Below are positions 48,381 to 57,269 of a stretch of 64,000 nucleotides of DNA, one piece after another (the first letter of the stretch is position 1; each line of letters starts with the position of its first letter). The notes under the pieces were generated by a model. It worked only from the letters and a program-made list of their open reading frames with translations, searched no databases and was not told the DNA's origin. The stretch covers positions 110,558 to 174,557 of the forward strand of contig JADKBK010000008.1 of the NCBI GenBank assembly GCA_016715075.1. Direction: 5' to 3'. Both the position numbers and the translations under genes were made by a program. The DNA comes from Bacteroidales bacterium (GTDB taxonomy: Bacteria; Bacteroidota; Bacteroidia; Bacteroidales; VadinHA17).

Positions 48381-50237
48381 ATGATCAGACAGATATACCT
48401 ATATCTCCTTCTTTTATTTATCTGCACCGGATTCTCCTCTGCGCAGGAGGTGGTTACAGGACTCAGGTCAAATAACCTTTTAACAAAACAGGGTGAGCGA
48501 AATGCCAGGAGTTTTACTGCCATCCTCTCGGATCCTCTTGAACTGCCATTTTTTGACGATTTTTCCGGAAGATCCTATTACCCTGATCCTGCAAAATGGA
48601 CTGATGACTATGTATTCATTAATAATACCTATTCAGATAAACAGATAACCTGTGGCGTTGCAACCTTTGATGCCCTCGACAACAACGGCAGGCTGTATGA
48701 TATTGCATCTGCCTATCTGTTTAAATCGGACCAGCTCACATCCCAGCCTTTGAATCTCAACTATACTGTCAATGAGAATGTATGGATGAGTTTCTTTTAT
48801 CAGGCAGGAGGGCTTGGAGATGCACCTGAACCTAATGACAGCCTTACTCTTCAGTTCCTCGCACCTGATGAGAACAAATGGTACTCAGTATGGAGTGCCT
48901 CCGGCACAACTGATAAGGAATTCAGACCGGCCATAATAAGGATCTCAGATACACGATTCCTTAAAACCGGTTTCCAGTTCCGTTTCACCAATTATGCTTC
49001 TCTCAGCCCAAATCAGAACGATCCTTCAATGGTAGGCAATTGTGATCACTGGAATGTTGATTATATTCTGCTTGACAAGAACAGGAACGGAGGCGACACA
49101 ATTTTTACGGATGTTGCATTGACTCTTCCTGTGCGATCTGTACTTAAGAACCATGAGTCTATGCCATGGAAGCAATACAGGGAGATAGAGCTTCAGGAGA
49201 TGGGCTCCTCTGTACTTATCCATTACCGCAACAATGATACTATTGTCAGAAATGTTACAAGAAATTTTGAAATTTGGGATATGTACGCCAATTCTCTCTC
49301 CTACCTGTTCTCAGCAGGAGCAGTAAATATTGATCCCTTAACATATGTAAATTACAATGCCGGCCTGGTTTATTCATTTAACTCCTCCAATAATGATTCT
49401 GCCCTCTTCAGAATTACCTCCGTCCTGAAAACAGATGAATTTGACCCAAAGGAAAATGATACATTGGTTTATTATCAGACCTTTAAGAATTACTTTGCAT
49501 TTGACGATGGCAGTGCTGAAGCCGGATATGGAATAAATGGACTGGGATCAAGAAATGCAATGTTTGCCTATAAGTTCAAATCCTTCATAGATGACACTCT
49601 CAGGGCAGTAAATATTTGCTTCAACGATAGTTATAATGATGCAAATAAAAGAGCCTACGACCTCATGGTATGGGATGATAATAATGGTCTTCCTGGTAAT
49701 GTAATCTACACTCTCGAAGAGGTCATGGTTGAACAGGGTCAGAAAATAAACGGGTTCTATTCATATAAGATCCCCGATAAGGTTCCTGTAAATAACTTCT
49801 TCTATGTTGGATGGAGACAGCGTTCAGAATCATTTCTCAATGCCGGGCTTGATGTTAATACTCCGCATGCAGGAAGGCAATTCTACTGGCTTAACGGAGA
49901 ATGGCAGCTGTCTCAGGTCTCTGGCACAGTTATGATCCATCCTGTTTTAGGGGATGCATTGAGAATTACTTCTGTTGATGATGTAATATACAAGGACAAA
50001 AAACAGATCAGTATCTGGCCTAATCCGGCCTCCGGATACATAACTATTGATGCAGATGAGCTCTTATTATCGGGCGATGCTTCTGTAACAATCATAGATC
50101 TCAATGGGCGTGAGGTGAAAAAGACAATTCTCACCGAAAGAATCGATATATCATCGCTTCCTGCAGGGATCTATATAATAATTACCAGCCTTAACGGCAA
50201 ACCTGCAGGGTACAGCAGACTGATAAAATTAAGATAA
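48381..50237 (+). CDS. Secreted protein with a T9SS C-terminal sorting domain
   Basis: Signal peptide. The C-terminus ISIWPNPASGYITID...LPAGIYIIITSLNGKPAGYSRLIKLR matches the type-A T9SS CTD pattern. Confidence 0.8.
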   Translation: MIRQIYLYLLLLFICTGFSSAQEVVTGLRSNNLLTKQGERNARSFTAILSDPLELPFFDDFSGRSYYPDPAKWTDDYVFINNTYSDKQITCGVATFDALDNNGRLYDIASAYLFKSDQLTSQPLNLNYTVNENVWMSFFYQAGGLGDAPEPNDSLTLQFLAPDENKWYSVWSASGTTDKEFRPAIIRISDTRFLKTGFQFRFTNYASLSPNQNDPSMVGNCDHWNVDYILLDKNRNGGDTIFTDVALTLPVRSVLKNHESMPWKQYREIELQEMGSSVLIHYRNNDTIVRNVTRNFEIWDMYANSLSYLFSAGAVNIDPLTYVNYNAGLVYSFNSSNNDSALFRITSVLKTDEFDPKENDTLVYYQTFKNYFAFDDGSAEAGYGINGLGSRNAMFAYKFKSFIDDTLRAVNICFNDSYNDANKRAYDLMVWDDNNGLPGNVIYTLEEVMVEQGQKINGFYSYKIPDKVPVNNFFYVGWRQRSESFLNAGLDVNTPHAGRQFYWLNGEWQLSQVSGTVMIHPVLGDALRITSVDDVIYKDKKQISIWPNPASGYITIDADELLLSGDASVTIIDLNGREVKKTILTERIDISSLPAGIYIIITSLNGKPAGYSRLIKLR

Positions 50238-50246
50238 TTACTTGGG

Positions 50247-51299
50247 ATGGCAGAAGAAGAACAAAATGACCAGCAGGAGCTTTTTGAACATTTCAGGTTT
50301 AAGGCTGATCCCGGACAGTCGCTCTTAAGGATTGACAAATTTCTTAGTGACAGGATCGAAAACAGCTCCAGGACGCGAATACAGAATGCAGCCAATGCTG
50401 GTAATATACTGGCAAACAATAACCCTGTAAAACCAAATTACAAGGTTAAGCCGGGAGATATTATTCAGGTGGTATTGCCAACACCCCCGAGAGAGATAGA
50501 ACTGATAGCTCAGGACATTCCGATCAACATCGTATATGAAGATGATGATGTACTGGTTGTCAATAAGGAACCGGGAATGGTTGTCCACCCTGCATACGGC
50601 AACTATACCGGCACGCTTGTAAATGCCCTGATGTGGCATTTCAGGGATCTTCCGCTGTTCAATACCGGGGAGGCCAGACCGGGCCTTGTACACCGGATCG
50701 ACAAGAATACCTCAGGAATCCTGGTGATTGCTAAAAACGAATATGCCCTTAATCGCCTCTCCAAACAATTCTTCGACAGGACCACCGACAGAAAATACAA
50801 TGCTCTTGTCTGGGGTACGCCTGATCCGCCTGAAGGTACAATCACCGGAAATGTTGGCAGAAATATAAAAGACAGGAAGATAATGCAGGTTTTTGCCGAT
50901 GACAATGAAGGCAAGAATGCAATTACCCATTACAAGGTAATTGAGGACCTGGGATATATCTCACTTGTTGAGTGCAAGCTTGAGACTGGTCGTACGCATC
51001 AGATAAGGGTCCATTTCAGCCATATTAAACATCCGCTTTTAATGATACGGAATATGGAGGTGATCAGATACTTAAAGGGACCACGTTTACAAAATATCAG
51101 CAATTCATTAAAAACTGCTTCAGGATACTTCCACGGCAGGCGCTTCATGCAAAGTCCCTGGCTTTTGATCATCCCGTTACAGGAAAAAGACTATCGTTCG
51201 ACTCTGCACTGCCTGATGATATGGTTCAGGTCATTGAAAAATGGAGAAAATATATCTCTGGAAGGGATTCAGACGATTTTATTTAGTCGCTTTTTTTAA
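50247..51299 (+). CDS. rluD: 23S rRNA pseudouridine synthase RluD family; 3' end frameshifted at T4 (51037-51040), corrected stop at 51287
   Basis: S4 domain, HRIDKNTSGILVIAK, and GRTHQIRVH. After HIKHPL the listed frame becomes nonsense, while the +1 frame reads FNDTEYGGDQILKGTTFTKYQQFIKNCFRILPRQALHAKSLAFDHPVTGKRLSF... Confidence 0.9.
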   Translation: MAEEEQNDQQELFEHFRFKADPGQSLLRIDKFLSDRIENSSRTRIQNAANAGNILANNNPVKPNYKVKPGDIIQVVLPTPPREIELIAQDIPINIVYEDDDVLVVNKEPGMVVHPAYGNYTGTLVNALMWHFRDLPLFNTGEARPGLVHRIDKNTSGILVIAKNEYALNRLSKQFFDRTTDRKYNALVWGTPDPPEGTITGNVGRNIKDRKIMQVFADDNEGKNAITHYKVIEDLGYISLVECKLETGRTHQIRVHFSHIKHPLLMIRNMEVIRYLKGPRLQNISNSLKTASGYFHGRRFMQSPWLLIIPLQEKDYRSTLHCLMIWFRSLKNGENISLEGIQTILFSRFF

Positions 51300-51311
51300 A
51301 TAAACTGATTT

Positions 51312-52127
51312 CTACCAGCTGCCGCCTGCTCCGCCGCCGCCAAAGCTACCTCCGCCGAAGCCGCCGAAGCCGCCCCCGCCACCTCCGCCGCCGGAAAATC
51401 CACCCCAGCTGCCGCTATGGGAACCCCTTCCGGAGTTCATCATGCTTAGAAGCAACCAGATTGGTAACCCCTTTGAGCTGATATTCTTCTGATTTGAGCC
51501 ACCCGATCCTCTGGATGCAAGCAGTATAATTATAAATACTATGAATATTACAAGCCCAAATGGGATTTTCTGCCCGGAGGCCTTCTTTGCTCTCTGACTA
51601 TATTCAGCTGCAGAAAACTCTCCCCGGGCCAGAGCCATGAGTGTATTGGCCGCATTGAGAAGTCCGCCATAATAGTTGCCTTCCCTGAATGATGGAAGGA
51701 TATCCCTGTCGACTATTTCAGCGCAGGTAATATCGGGAATCACTCCCTCGAGCCCATAGCCCTGGGCAATAAAGACCTGACCATTTGAATCAGCTGTTTT
51801 AGGCTTCACAAGGATCAGTACACCATTATTGAGTCCTTTCTGTCCAATACCCCATTTTTCTGCAAGCCGCTGTGCAAAGTCACCTTTATCATATCCCATG
51901 AGTGTTGGAACCGTAACAATAGCAATCTGCGTTGATGTTGAGTCATTGAAGGCGACAAGCTTCTGCTCCAGGGAATTGACTTCATCCTGACTAAGTACTC
52001 CGGCAAAATCATTCACAAGTCTCTGAGGGGAAGGTCTTTCCGGAAGATTCTGTGAAAAAGCAGTGATAGTGGAGCCATTAAATAAAAGAACTGCCACTGT
52101 CAGCAGACAAAAGAATTTACTTCTCAT
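51312..52127 (-). CDS. TPM-domain protein (YgcG-like) with a TM helix and Gly-rich tail
   Basis: Signal peptide, a TPM phosphatase-like domain, and the C-terminal GGGGGGGFGGFGGGSFGGGGAGGSW. Confidence 0.8.
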   Translation of the reverse strand: MRSKFFCLLTVAVLLFNGSTITAFSQNLPERPSPQRLVNDFAGVLSQDEVNSLEQKLVAFNDSTSTQIAIVTVPTLMGYDKGDFAQRLAEKWGIGQKGLNNGVLILVKPKTADSNGQVFIAQGYGLEGVIPDITCAEIVDRDILPSFREGNYYGGLLNAANTLMALARGEFSAAEYSQRAKKASGQKIPFGLVIFIVFIIILLASRGSGGSNQKNISSKGLPIWLLLSMMNSGRGSHSGSWGGFSGGGGGGGGFGGFGGGSFGGGGAGGSW

Positions 52128-52132
52128 CTTAA

Positions 52133-52582
52133 TTATTCCCCTTTTAATTTATCAAATGAGATCTCATCAGGCAGTTCATTTACATCATCTTTACTGTGAG
52201 GAAAATGTTTTTTCAGATGTATTCCTGCCGCTATTATCCCTTTGGAAAGTCCCTCAGTGAATTTGCCATCCCTGAAATTTTTCTGAAGCAATTCTTTAAC
52301 CTCATCCCAAAACCCGTCAGGGACCTTTGCATTGATACCTGCGTCACCGATAACAGCAAACTTCCGGTCACTGACAGCAAGATAAAATAGGACCCCATTA
52401 CGTTCAGTAGTATCCTGCATTCCCAGTTTTTTGAAGATCCATGCAGCCCGGTCAAGAACATCTTCCTGACAGAAATTCTCAATATGCACTCTTATCTCCC
52501 CCGAGGTTTCACTTTCAGCTTCCTTAACGGCAGCAAGAATCTGAGCCTGTTGTTCCTTTGTAAAGAACGTTGAAGCTTTCAT
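52133..52582 (-). CDS. TPM-domain protein (cytoplasmic-type, 149 aa)
   Basis: The GEIRVHIE...GVLFYLAVSDRKFAVIGDAGI pattern is typical of the small TPM proteins that follow LemA. Confidence 0.78.
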   Translation of the reverse strand: MKASTFFTKEQQAQILAAVKEAESETSGEIRVHIENFCQEDVLDRAAWIFKKLGMQDTTERNGVLFYLAVSDRKFAVIGDAGINAKVPDGFWDEVKELLQKNFRDGKFTEGLSKGIIAAGIHLKKHFPHSKDDVNELPDEISFDKLKGE

Positions 52583-52602
52583 TCAGCTTTTTTTGCTAAT
52601 GG

Positions 52603-53205
52603 TTAAAATTTAACTTCAGGTGCCTTTTCGGCTCCTTCAGTAGCTTCGAAATATGGCTTTGCCTGAAATCCGAACATTCCGGCCAGGAAATTTTGCGGAA
52701 ATCTCCTGATATATGTATTGTATACCTGAGCCACTTCATTGAATTTTCTTCTTTCAACGGAGATCCTGTTTTCGGTACCTTCCAGTTCCACCTGAAGATC
52801 CCTGAAATTCTGTGTAGCTTTCAGTTCAGGATATTGTTCGACAACAACCATCAGTCTGGAAAGAGCCGAGGAAAGCTGGCCTTGTGCCTGCTGAAACTGC
52901 TGCATATTCTCAGCTGTCATTTTTGTCGGATCAATAGTAACAGATGTAGCTTTTGCTCTAGCTTCAATTACCTGAGTAAGCGTGGTCTGTTCAAAATTTG
53001 CAGCTCCTTTCACAGTGTTCACAAAATTAGGAATGAGGTCAGATCTGCGCTGATAAGCTGTTTCGACATTTCCCCATTGGCTGGTGACAGACTCCTGCAT
53101 AGTGACCATCCCATTATAAGCTTTTGTGCCCCATGAAAATAATCCTATTCCTACAAGAACAAAAAAACCTACTATAACTAAAGCTATTAAACAACCTTTT
53201 TTCAT
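52603..53205 (-). CDS. lemA: LemA family protein
   Basis: Start called at MKKGCLIALVIVGFF (TM helix). Conserved QRRSDLIPNFVNTVKG...YPELKA...EGTENRISVERRKFNE motifs. Confidence 0.88.
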   Translation of the reverse strand: MKKGCLIALVIVGFFVLVGIGLFSWGTKAYNGMVTMQESVTSQWGNVETAYQRRSDLIPNFVNTVKGAANFEQTTLTQVIEARAKATSVTIDPTKMTAENMQQFQQAQGQLSSALSRLMVVVEQYPELKATQNFRDLQVELEGTENRISVERRKFNEVAQVYNTYIRRFPQNFLAGMFGFQAKPYFEATEGAEKAPEVKF

Positions 53206-53421
53206 TTTATTGCTTTTTAAAATTTCAACAAATTTAACATTTAAACAGCTCATTAACCAGTCAGTAGTATAATATTTTTTTCACATAATACCGGGGAGGC
53301 TGAAGGGAGATTGAAGTGGATCCTTTTATTTGTAACTATGTATCACACTGAGTCACAATTTTGCATTGAATTGAATTTCCATTTTTAAAATGATTATTTT
53401 TGGGTCAACAAACATTCTTAT

Positions 53422-54393
53422 ATGAAGACAATAGCAATAGTTGCAGGAGGTGATTCCTCCGAGTTCGGGATTTCAGTTAAAAGTGCGAATGAAGTAAGTA
53501 AAGTTCTTTCTTCCAGATATATAACATATGTGATAACAATTCGTGGAACCAACTGGTATTGGGAGGACCAGAAGGGCAGGTTTCATAATATTGACAAGAA
53601 TGATTTCAGTCTGATTGCTGATGACAACCGGATCAGATTTAATGCGGTCTTTATTGCCATCCATGGGACGCCGGGAGAGAATGGCTTGCTGCAGGGGTAT
53701 TTCGACATGATGGGCATTCCATATACAAGTTGCGGAGCTTTCTGTTCTGCCCTTGCATTCAACAAGCAGGCCTGCAAGCTATTTCTGAAAGATTCATCGA
53801 TACCTATGGCTGTTTCCATACTTGTAAGAACCGGAGAAAGGATCGATCCGGATGAAATCTTAAACCAGACAGGATTGCCCTGTTTTGTCAAGCCCAATGA
53901 CAGCGGTTCAAGCTTCGGGGTAACAAAAGTAAAGAAGAAAGATGATCTTCTGCCGGCCATAGATACTGCTTCAAAAGAGAGTAATGAGGTTATCATAGAA
54001 GCGTTTATGGATGGCCGCGAAGTAGCTTGCGGTGTCTTGAAAACAAAGAAGGAGTCAATAGTCTTTCCGGTTACTGAAATAATAAGCAAAAACGAGTTCT
54101 TCGATTATGAGGCAAAGTACACTCCCGGAAATTCAGATGAGGTTACTCCTGCAAACATGCCGGAGGAAATTACTGATGAGATCCGCAGGCTCAGTTCACT
54201 GATATATGACCTTCTCGGGTGCAAGGGAATAGTAAGGGTCGACTTTATAGTTATTAACAGTCAGCCATATTTCCTTGAGATCAATACCATTCCCGGGATG
54301 ACAGAAGAGAGCCTTATCCCTAAACAGGCAAAGGCTGCCGGAATTCCACTTGAAGATCTCTATTCAAAGGTTGTAGAAGATCTCTTTGAATAA
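53422..54393 (+). CDS. ddl: D-alanine--D-alanine ligase
   Basis: IAIHGTPGENGLLQG, FVKPNDSGSSFGV, and LEINTIPGMTEES ATP-grasp motifs. Confidence 0.93.
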   Translation: MKTIAIVAGGDSSEFGISVKSANEVSKVLSSRYITYVITIRGTNWYWEDQKGRFHNIDKNDFSLIADDNRIRFNAVFIAIHGTPGENGLLQGYFDMMGIPYTSCGAFCSALAFNKQACKLFLKDSSIPMAVSILVRTGERIDPDEILNQTGLPCFVKPNDSGSSFGVTKVKKKDDLLPAIDTASKESNEVIIEAFMDGREVACGVLKTKKESIVFPVTEIISKNEFFDYEAKYTPGNSDEVTPANMPEEITDEIRRLSSLIYDLLGCKGIVRVDFIVINSQPYFLEINTIPGMTEESLIPKQAKAAGIPLEDLYSKVVEDLFE

Positions 54394-54420
54394 TATTTCC
54401 TCTGAATAAACTAAGTGCTA

Positions 54421-54487
54421 TCTCTGTAAAATCGTAAAGAGGATACACAGAGAGCCACGGAGGATTCACAGAGATCCACAGAGGAAG
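54421..54487. repeat. CACAGAG-type word cluster in the ddl/oxidoreductase convergent spacer
   Basis: TCTCTGT...GATACACAGAGA GCCACGGAG GATTCACAGA GATCCACAGAGG: one inverted copy and four direct copies of the word. Confidence 0.6.
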
Positions 54488-54508
54488 AAATATATTAACA
54501 TAAAGTTA

Positions 54509-55909
54509 TTACTTTCCCTTTGCCAATTTGAGTGCGCTTGTGGTTGTATAATATTTTGTGATCATGCATGGCACCTCCCAATCGGGGAGCTTACCCTCTT
54601 TCATGTATTCAAGAAATTTTGCAGTAACCTGTCCAAAATGTTCCTCATGTCCCACCCTGTATTTCTTAGGGATATCTATTTTTAAAGAATTCTTTCCGAT
54701 ATCTTCAATACCCAGGCTGTCATAAGGAAGAGTGGCCAGAACCTCTTTCAGTTTTGCCCTGAAATCATTTATCCTGTTTCCTTTTATATTCTCAATAAAA
54801 AGTGTTGGAACAAACTTCTCTTCGGCTCCCTGCTTTATAACAAGATCACAGTTTGTTCCATGCATTATTGAATAATGGGTATCGCCTCCACCCGGAGGAG
54901 CCTGGTATTTCCATTCAACCGAAACTTTTGCATAGATGCCTTTCAGCTGGTACACCATCTCCCCGTTGGAAAAGACATTCAGTGCTCCGTCTTTAATATC
55001 CTGCTGAAGATAATCCGGGAAAGTATCGAGTCCGGTGACTCCTTTAAATTCATCCTTTGAGATCAGGGTAGGCCATCTCCTGGCTGCGATCATTTTTACA
55101 TCTGCCGTATTCAGACTCTGTTCAGGGAAGCATTCCCACTGAATAAGGTCCACGAGGTGAGTAGTGACATCCACAATTCCCTCACCCTGCTGCCTTACAT
55201 CAAAAAACCAGGCCGGTCGGATCAGCGGACTGCCCGACACAACTTTCGAGAAATGATGTACACTAACCTTTGTGACTGCCGGCTCCTCCCGGCTGCCTGC
55301 TTTAAGCTCACCAAAGAGTTCACTCTTATGTGAAAGAAGCTTCTGCAGTATTGTTGTCACTTCAAACCTCTCTGTCATAACGTCGTACAGAAGAAGACCC
55401 TTCTCTTTAGCTGAGGTAAATGCCGATTCAAGGGATGGAAAGTCATCAGGATCAATTATCATCGGCTTATCGGCCAGTACATTTAATCCGGCAGTGACCG
55501 ATTTTGTTATATATTCGGCTTTCTTCTTATTATTCCCCGATAATACAACAACATTTCCTGCCTTTTCAGATAGCATCTTCGCGAAAAAATCGGGACCTGT
55601 GTAGACAATTTCATTCCAGGCAGTGGGATTTACTGCTCTTCCATTATAGGAATTTATTCTTGCAATATGCTGCAGACAATCAGGGCCTTCCGGGGCATAC
55701 ACATGTACATCCGGGGATACCTGCTCATACATCCGCTTCTGAACCAGGGCAGCATGAAAATGACCTGGATCAACTGTAATAAGTTCTACCTGATAATTAT
55801 TCTCCATAGGTTCACCTTTTTTTTCACTTGCTGCTTGTTTTGATTTTCCTGATCCGCAGGAAAATAAAACAAGTGCAACCGGGGCAATTAATAATAGCAG
55901 TTTCGTCAT
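54509..55909 (-). CDS. Lipoprotein oxidoreductase (Gfo/Idh/MocA-like N-domain with a putative-oxidoreductase C-terminal domain)
   Basis: Lipobox LVLFSCGSG and an approximate Rossmann-like N-region. The family assignment is by overall resemblance only. Confidence 0.6.
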   Translation of the reverse strand: MTKLLLLIAPVALVLFSCGSGKSKQAASEKKGEPMENNYQVELITVDPGHFHAALVQKRMYEQVSPDVHVYAPEGPDCLQHIARINSYNGRAVNPTAWNEIVYTGPDFFAKMLSEKAGNVVVLSGNNKKKAEYITKSVTAGLNVLADKPMIIDPDDFPSLESAFTSAKEKGLLLYDVMTERFEVTTILQKLLSHKSELFGELKAGSREEPAVTKVSVHHFSKVVSGSPLIRPAWFFDVRQQGEGIVDVTTHLVDLIQWECFPEQSLNTADVKMIAARRWPTLISKDEFKGVTGLDTFPDYLQQDIKDGALNVFSNGEMVYQLKGIYAKVSVEWKYQAPPGGGDTHYSIMHGTNCDLVIKQGAEEKFVPTLFIENIKGNRINDFRAKLKEVLATLPYDSLGIEDIGKNSLKIDIPKKYRVGHEEHFGQVTAKFLEYMKEGKLPDWEVPCMITKYYTTTSALKLAKGK

Positions 55910-55947
55910 TTTTCAATTAATTATTTTCTGTTTTTCAATCTTACGGC

Positions 55948-56991
55948 TCAACGGGGAACTGAATACTCATTCACGGCATCGATGAAGGCCTGTATATTAT
56001 CGCTGCTGACATCCGGTGGCATTCCGCCTCCGGCTGACCATATAATCCTGGAATGATCATCAGATTCACCAAAGGCTTTTTCAACAGCCTGTCTCACCTG
56101 TTCAGCTGTTCCGGATGCCAGAATATCTCTGGGAGGTATATTTCCCACAAGAACAACTTCCGGACCTGCAAGTTTGCGTATTTCTCCGAGAGAGTGCTCA
56201 AAGGAGAAATTGAACATATTAACACCCAGCTCTTTCAGATATCTGGCTGTTATCAAACCGTCGGAATCATTGTGAAGGAATCTTGCTTTCGCGTCTGTAC
56301 AACTAAATATCTGCCTGAAATACGGAAGAGCAAATTCCTTAAAATCATCTTCTCCGATAAATCCGATTATATCATCAAGGATCAGCACACCATCAATAGA
56401 GGGAAAACATTCCTTTTGCCATTTCAGCCAGTCGCACACAAAAAGGGTAATTTTCCCGAGCAGCTTATGAGTACTTTCCGGGTCGGTACCAATAGCTGTC
56501 ATCAATTCGGTTGTTCCCATAAGAAAGCTGGCGATATTCATTGGCCCCCTGGCTATTGCGAATCTAATCTGATGGTCGTTATTAACTATATTTACCTGGT
56601 TGTTTTTTAACCGGTTGATCATAAATGGCAATAAGCCGTCCGTTTTCACACATGGGTTCGGAAGTCTGGCTGCCTCTTCAATACCGGTAATGACCTTTTC
56701 CGCATGAGGAAGGCTTTTTTCAAGGAAGATCATCCGGGAACCGAAGGCGGAAGGTTCGGTACACATCCCGTATTCTGACCAGAATCCGGGGAGAAACCAT
56801 AAATCTGGGAAAGTGTTGACAGCTTTAAGGTTTGATCTGAACCACATCTCATCAGAGGAATAATAGTCCATTTTTGAGATCCCGTACCATCCAGGGATCC
56901 AGGGACTGTCAATTATAAATCCGGCAGGCTGATAGTCGAGCTTTCCGCGTCCGATCAGTGGTAAAAGGTCATTCCATGCAGAATTACGCAT
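55948..56991 (-). CDS. Uroporphyrinogen decarboxylase (URO-D) family protein (MtaA/CmuA-like)
   Basis: 347 aa. The ...FLHNDSDG... and ...WSAGGGMPPDV... segments and the TIM-barrel-like layout resemble URO-D-family methyltransferase-like proteins. Confidence 0.65.
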   Translation of the reverse strand: MRNSAWNDLLPLIGRGKLDYQPAGFIIDSPWIPGWYGISKMDYYSSDEMWFRSNLKAVNTFPDLWFLPGFWSEYGMCTEPSAFGSRMIFLEKSLPHAEKVITGIEEAARLPNPCVKTDGLLPFMINRLKNNQVNIVNNDHQIRFAIARGPMNIASFLMGTTELMTAIGTDPESTHKLLGKITLFVCDWLKWQKECFPSIDGVLILDDIIGFIGEDDFKEFALPYFRQIFSCTDAKARFLHNDSDGLITARYLKELGVNMFNFSFEHSLGEIRKLAGPEVVLVGNIPPRDILASGTAEQVRQAVEKAFGESDDHSRIIWSAGGGMPPDVSSDNIQAFIDAVNEYSVPR

Positions 56992-57166
56992 AATTATTCA
57001 GATCGATTCACTCAGTTTTAATATTAGCAATTTTTAATGACAAACATTAAGAATAACAGAATTTTTTATTCCATTATCATATTAGGCCTGATGCAATCTT
57101 CATCCGGATCCGTCTCATCTACCAGAGAATATAGCGAAAGTCAGTTTTCCTGTGACACCCCTAAAT

Positions 57167-57185
57167 CCCCCAAGGGGGACTTTTT
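57167..57185 (+). other. CCCCC-aa-GGGGG hairpin followed by a T5 run
   Basis: CCCCCAAGGGGGACTTTTT. No upstream + strand gene exists for it to terminate. Confidence 0.4.
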
Positions 57186-57200
57186 GAAAAACAGTGATTC

Positions 57201-57220
57201 AAAAAGCCCCCCCTGGGGGG
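57201..57220 (-). terminator. GC-run hairpin plus U-tract; likely the gcvP terminator
   Basis: The minus strand reads CCCCCC-a-GGGGGGG-CTTTTT, about 50 nt after the gcvP stop (57270). Confidence 0.6.
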
Positions 57221-57269
57221 TTTGGGGGTAGAAACACTTTTTATACTTCAGTCCTAAGAAAGTGCCAAT

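Noticed and set aside
51312-51420. GCC/GCCGCC-rich repetitive DNA
   Set aside because: It encodes the Gly-rich C-terminal tail (GGGGGGGFGGFGGGSFGGGGAGG) typical of YgcG-like TPM proteins, so it is coding low complexity rather than a non-coding repeat.
54440-54485. Cluster of DnaA-box-like 9-mers (GGATACACA, GGATTCACA, AGATCCACA), with rsmG, rpmH and dnaB in the same window, as a possible oriC
   Set aside because: The best match to TTATCCACA is only 7/9. There is no adjacent AT-rich unwinding element, no dnaA gene in the window, and the site is a 115-bp convergent spacer. The resemblance is more simply a by-product of the CACAGAG word.
57037-57231. 64-aa ORF ending ...PKSPKGDFLKNSDSKSPPWGVWG
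   Set aside because: Its C-terminal half is encoded by the C-run/G-run hairpins downstream of gcvP. It lies in a spacer with no promoter box or RBS-like context, so it is a likely artefact.
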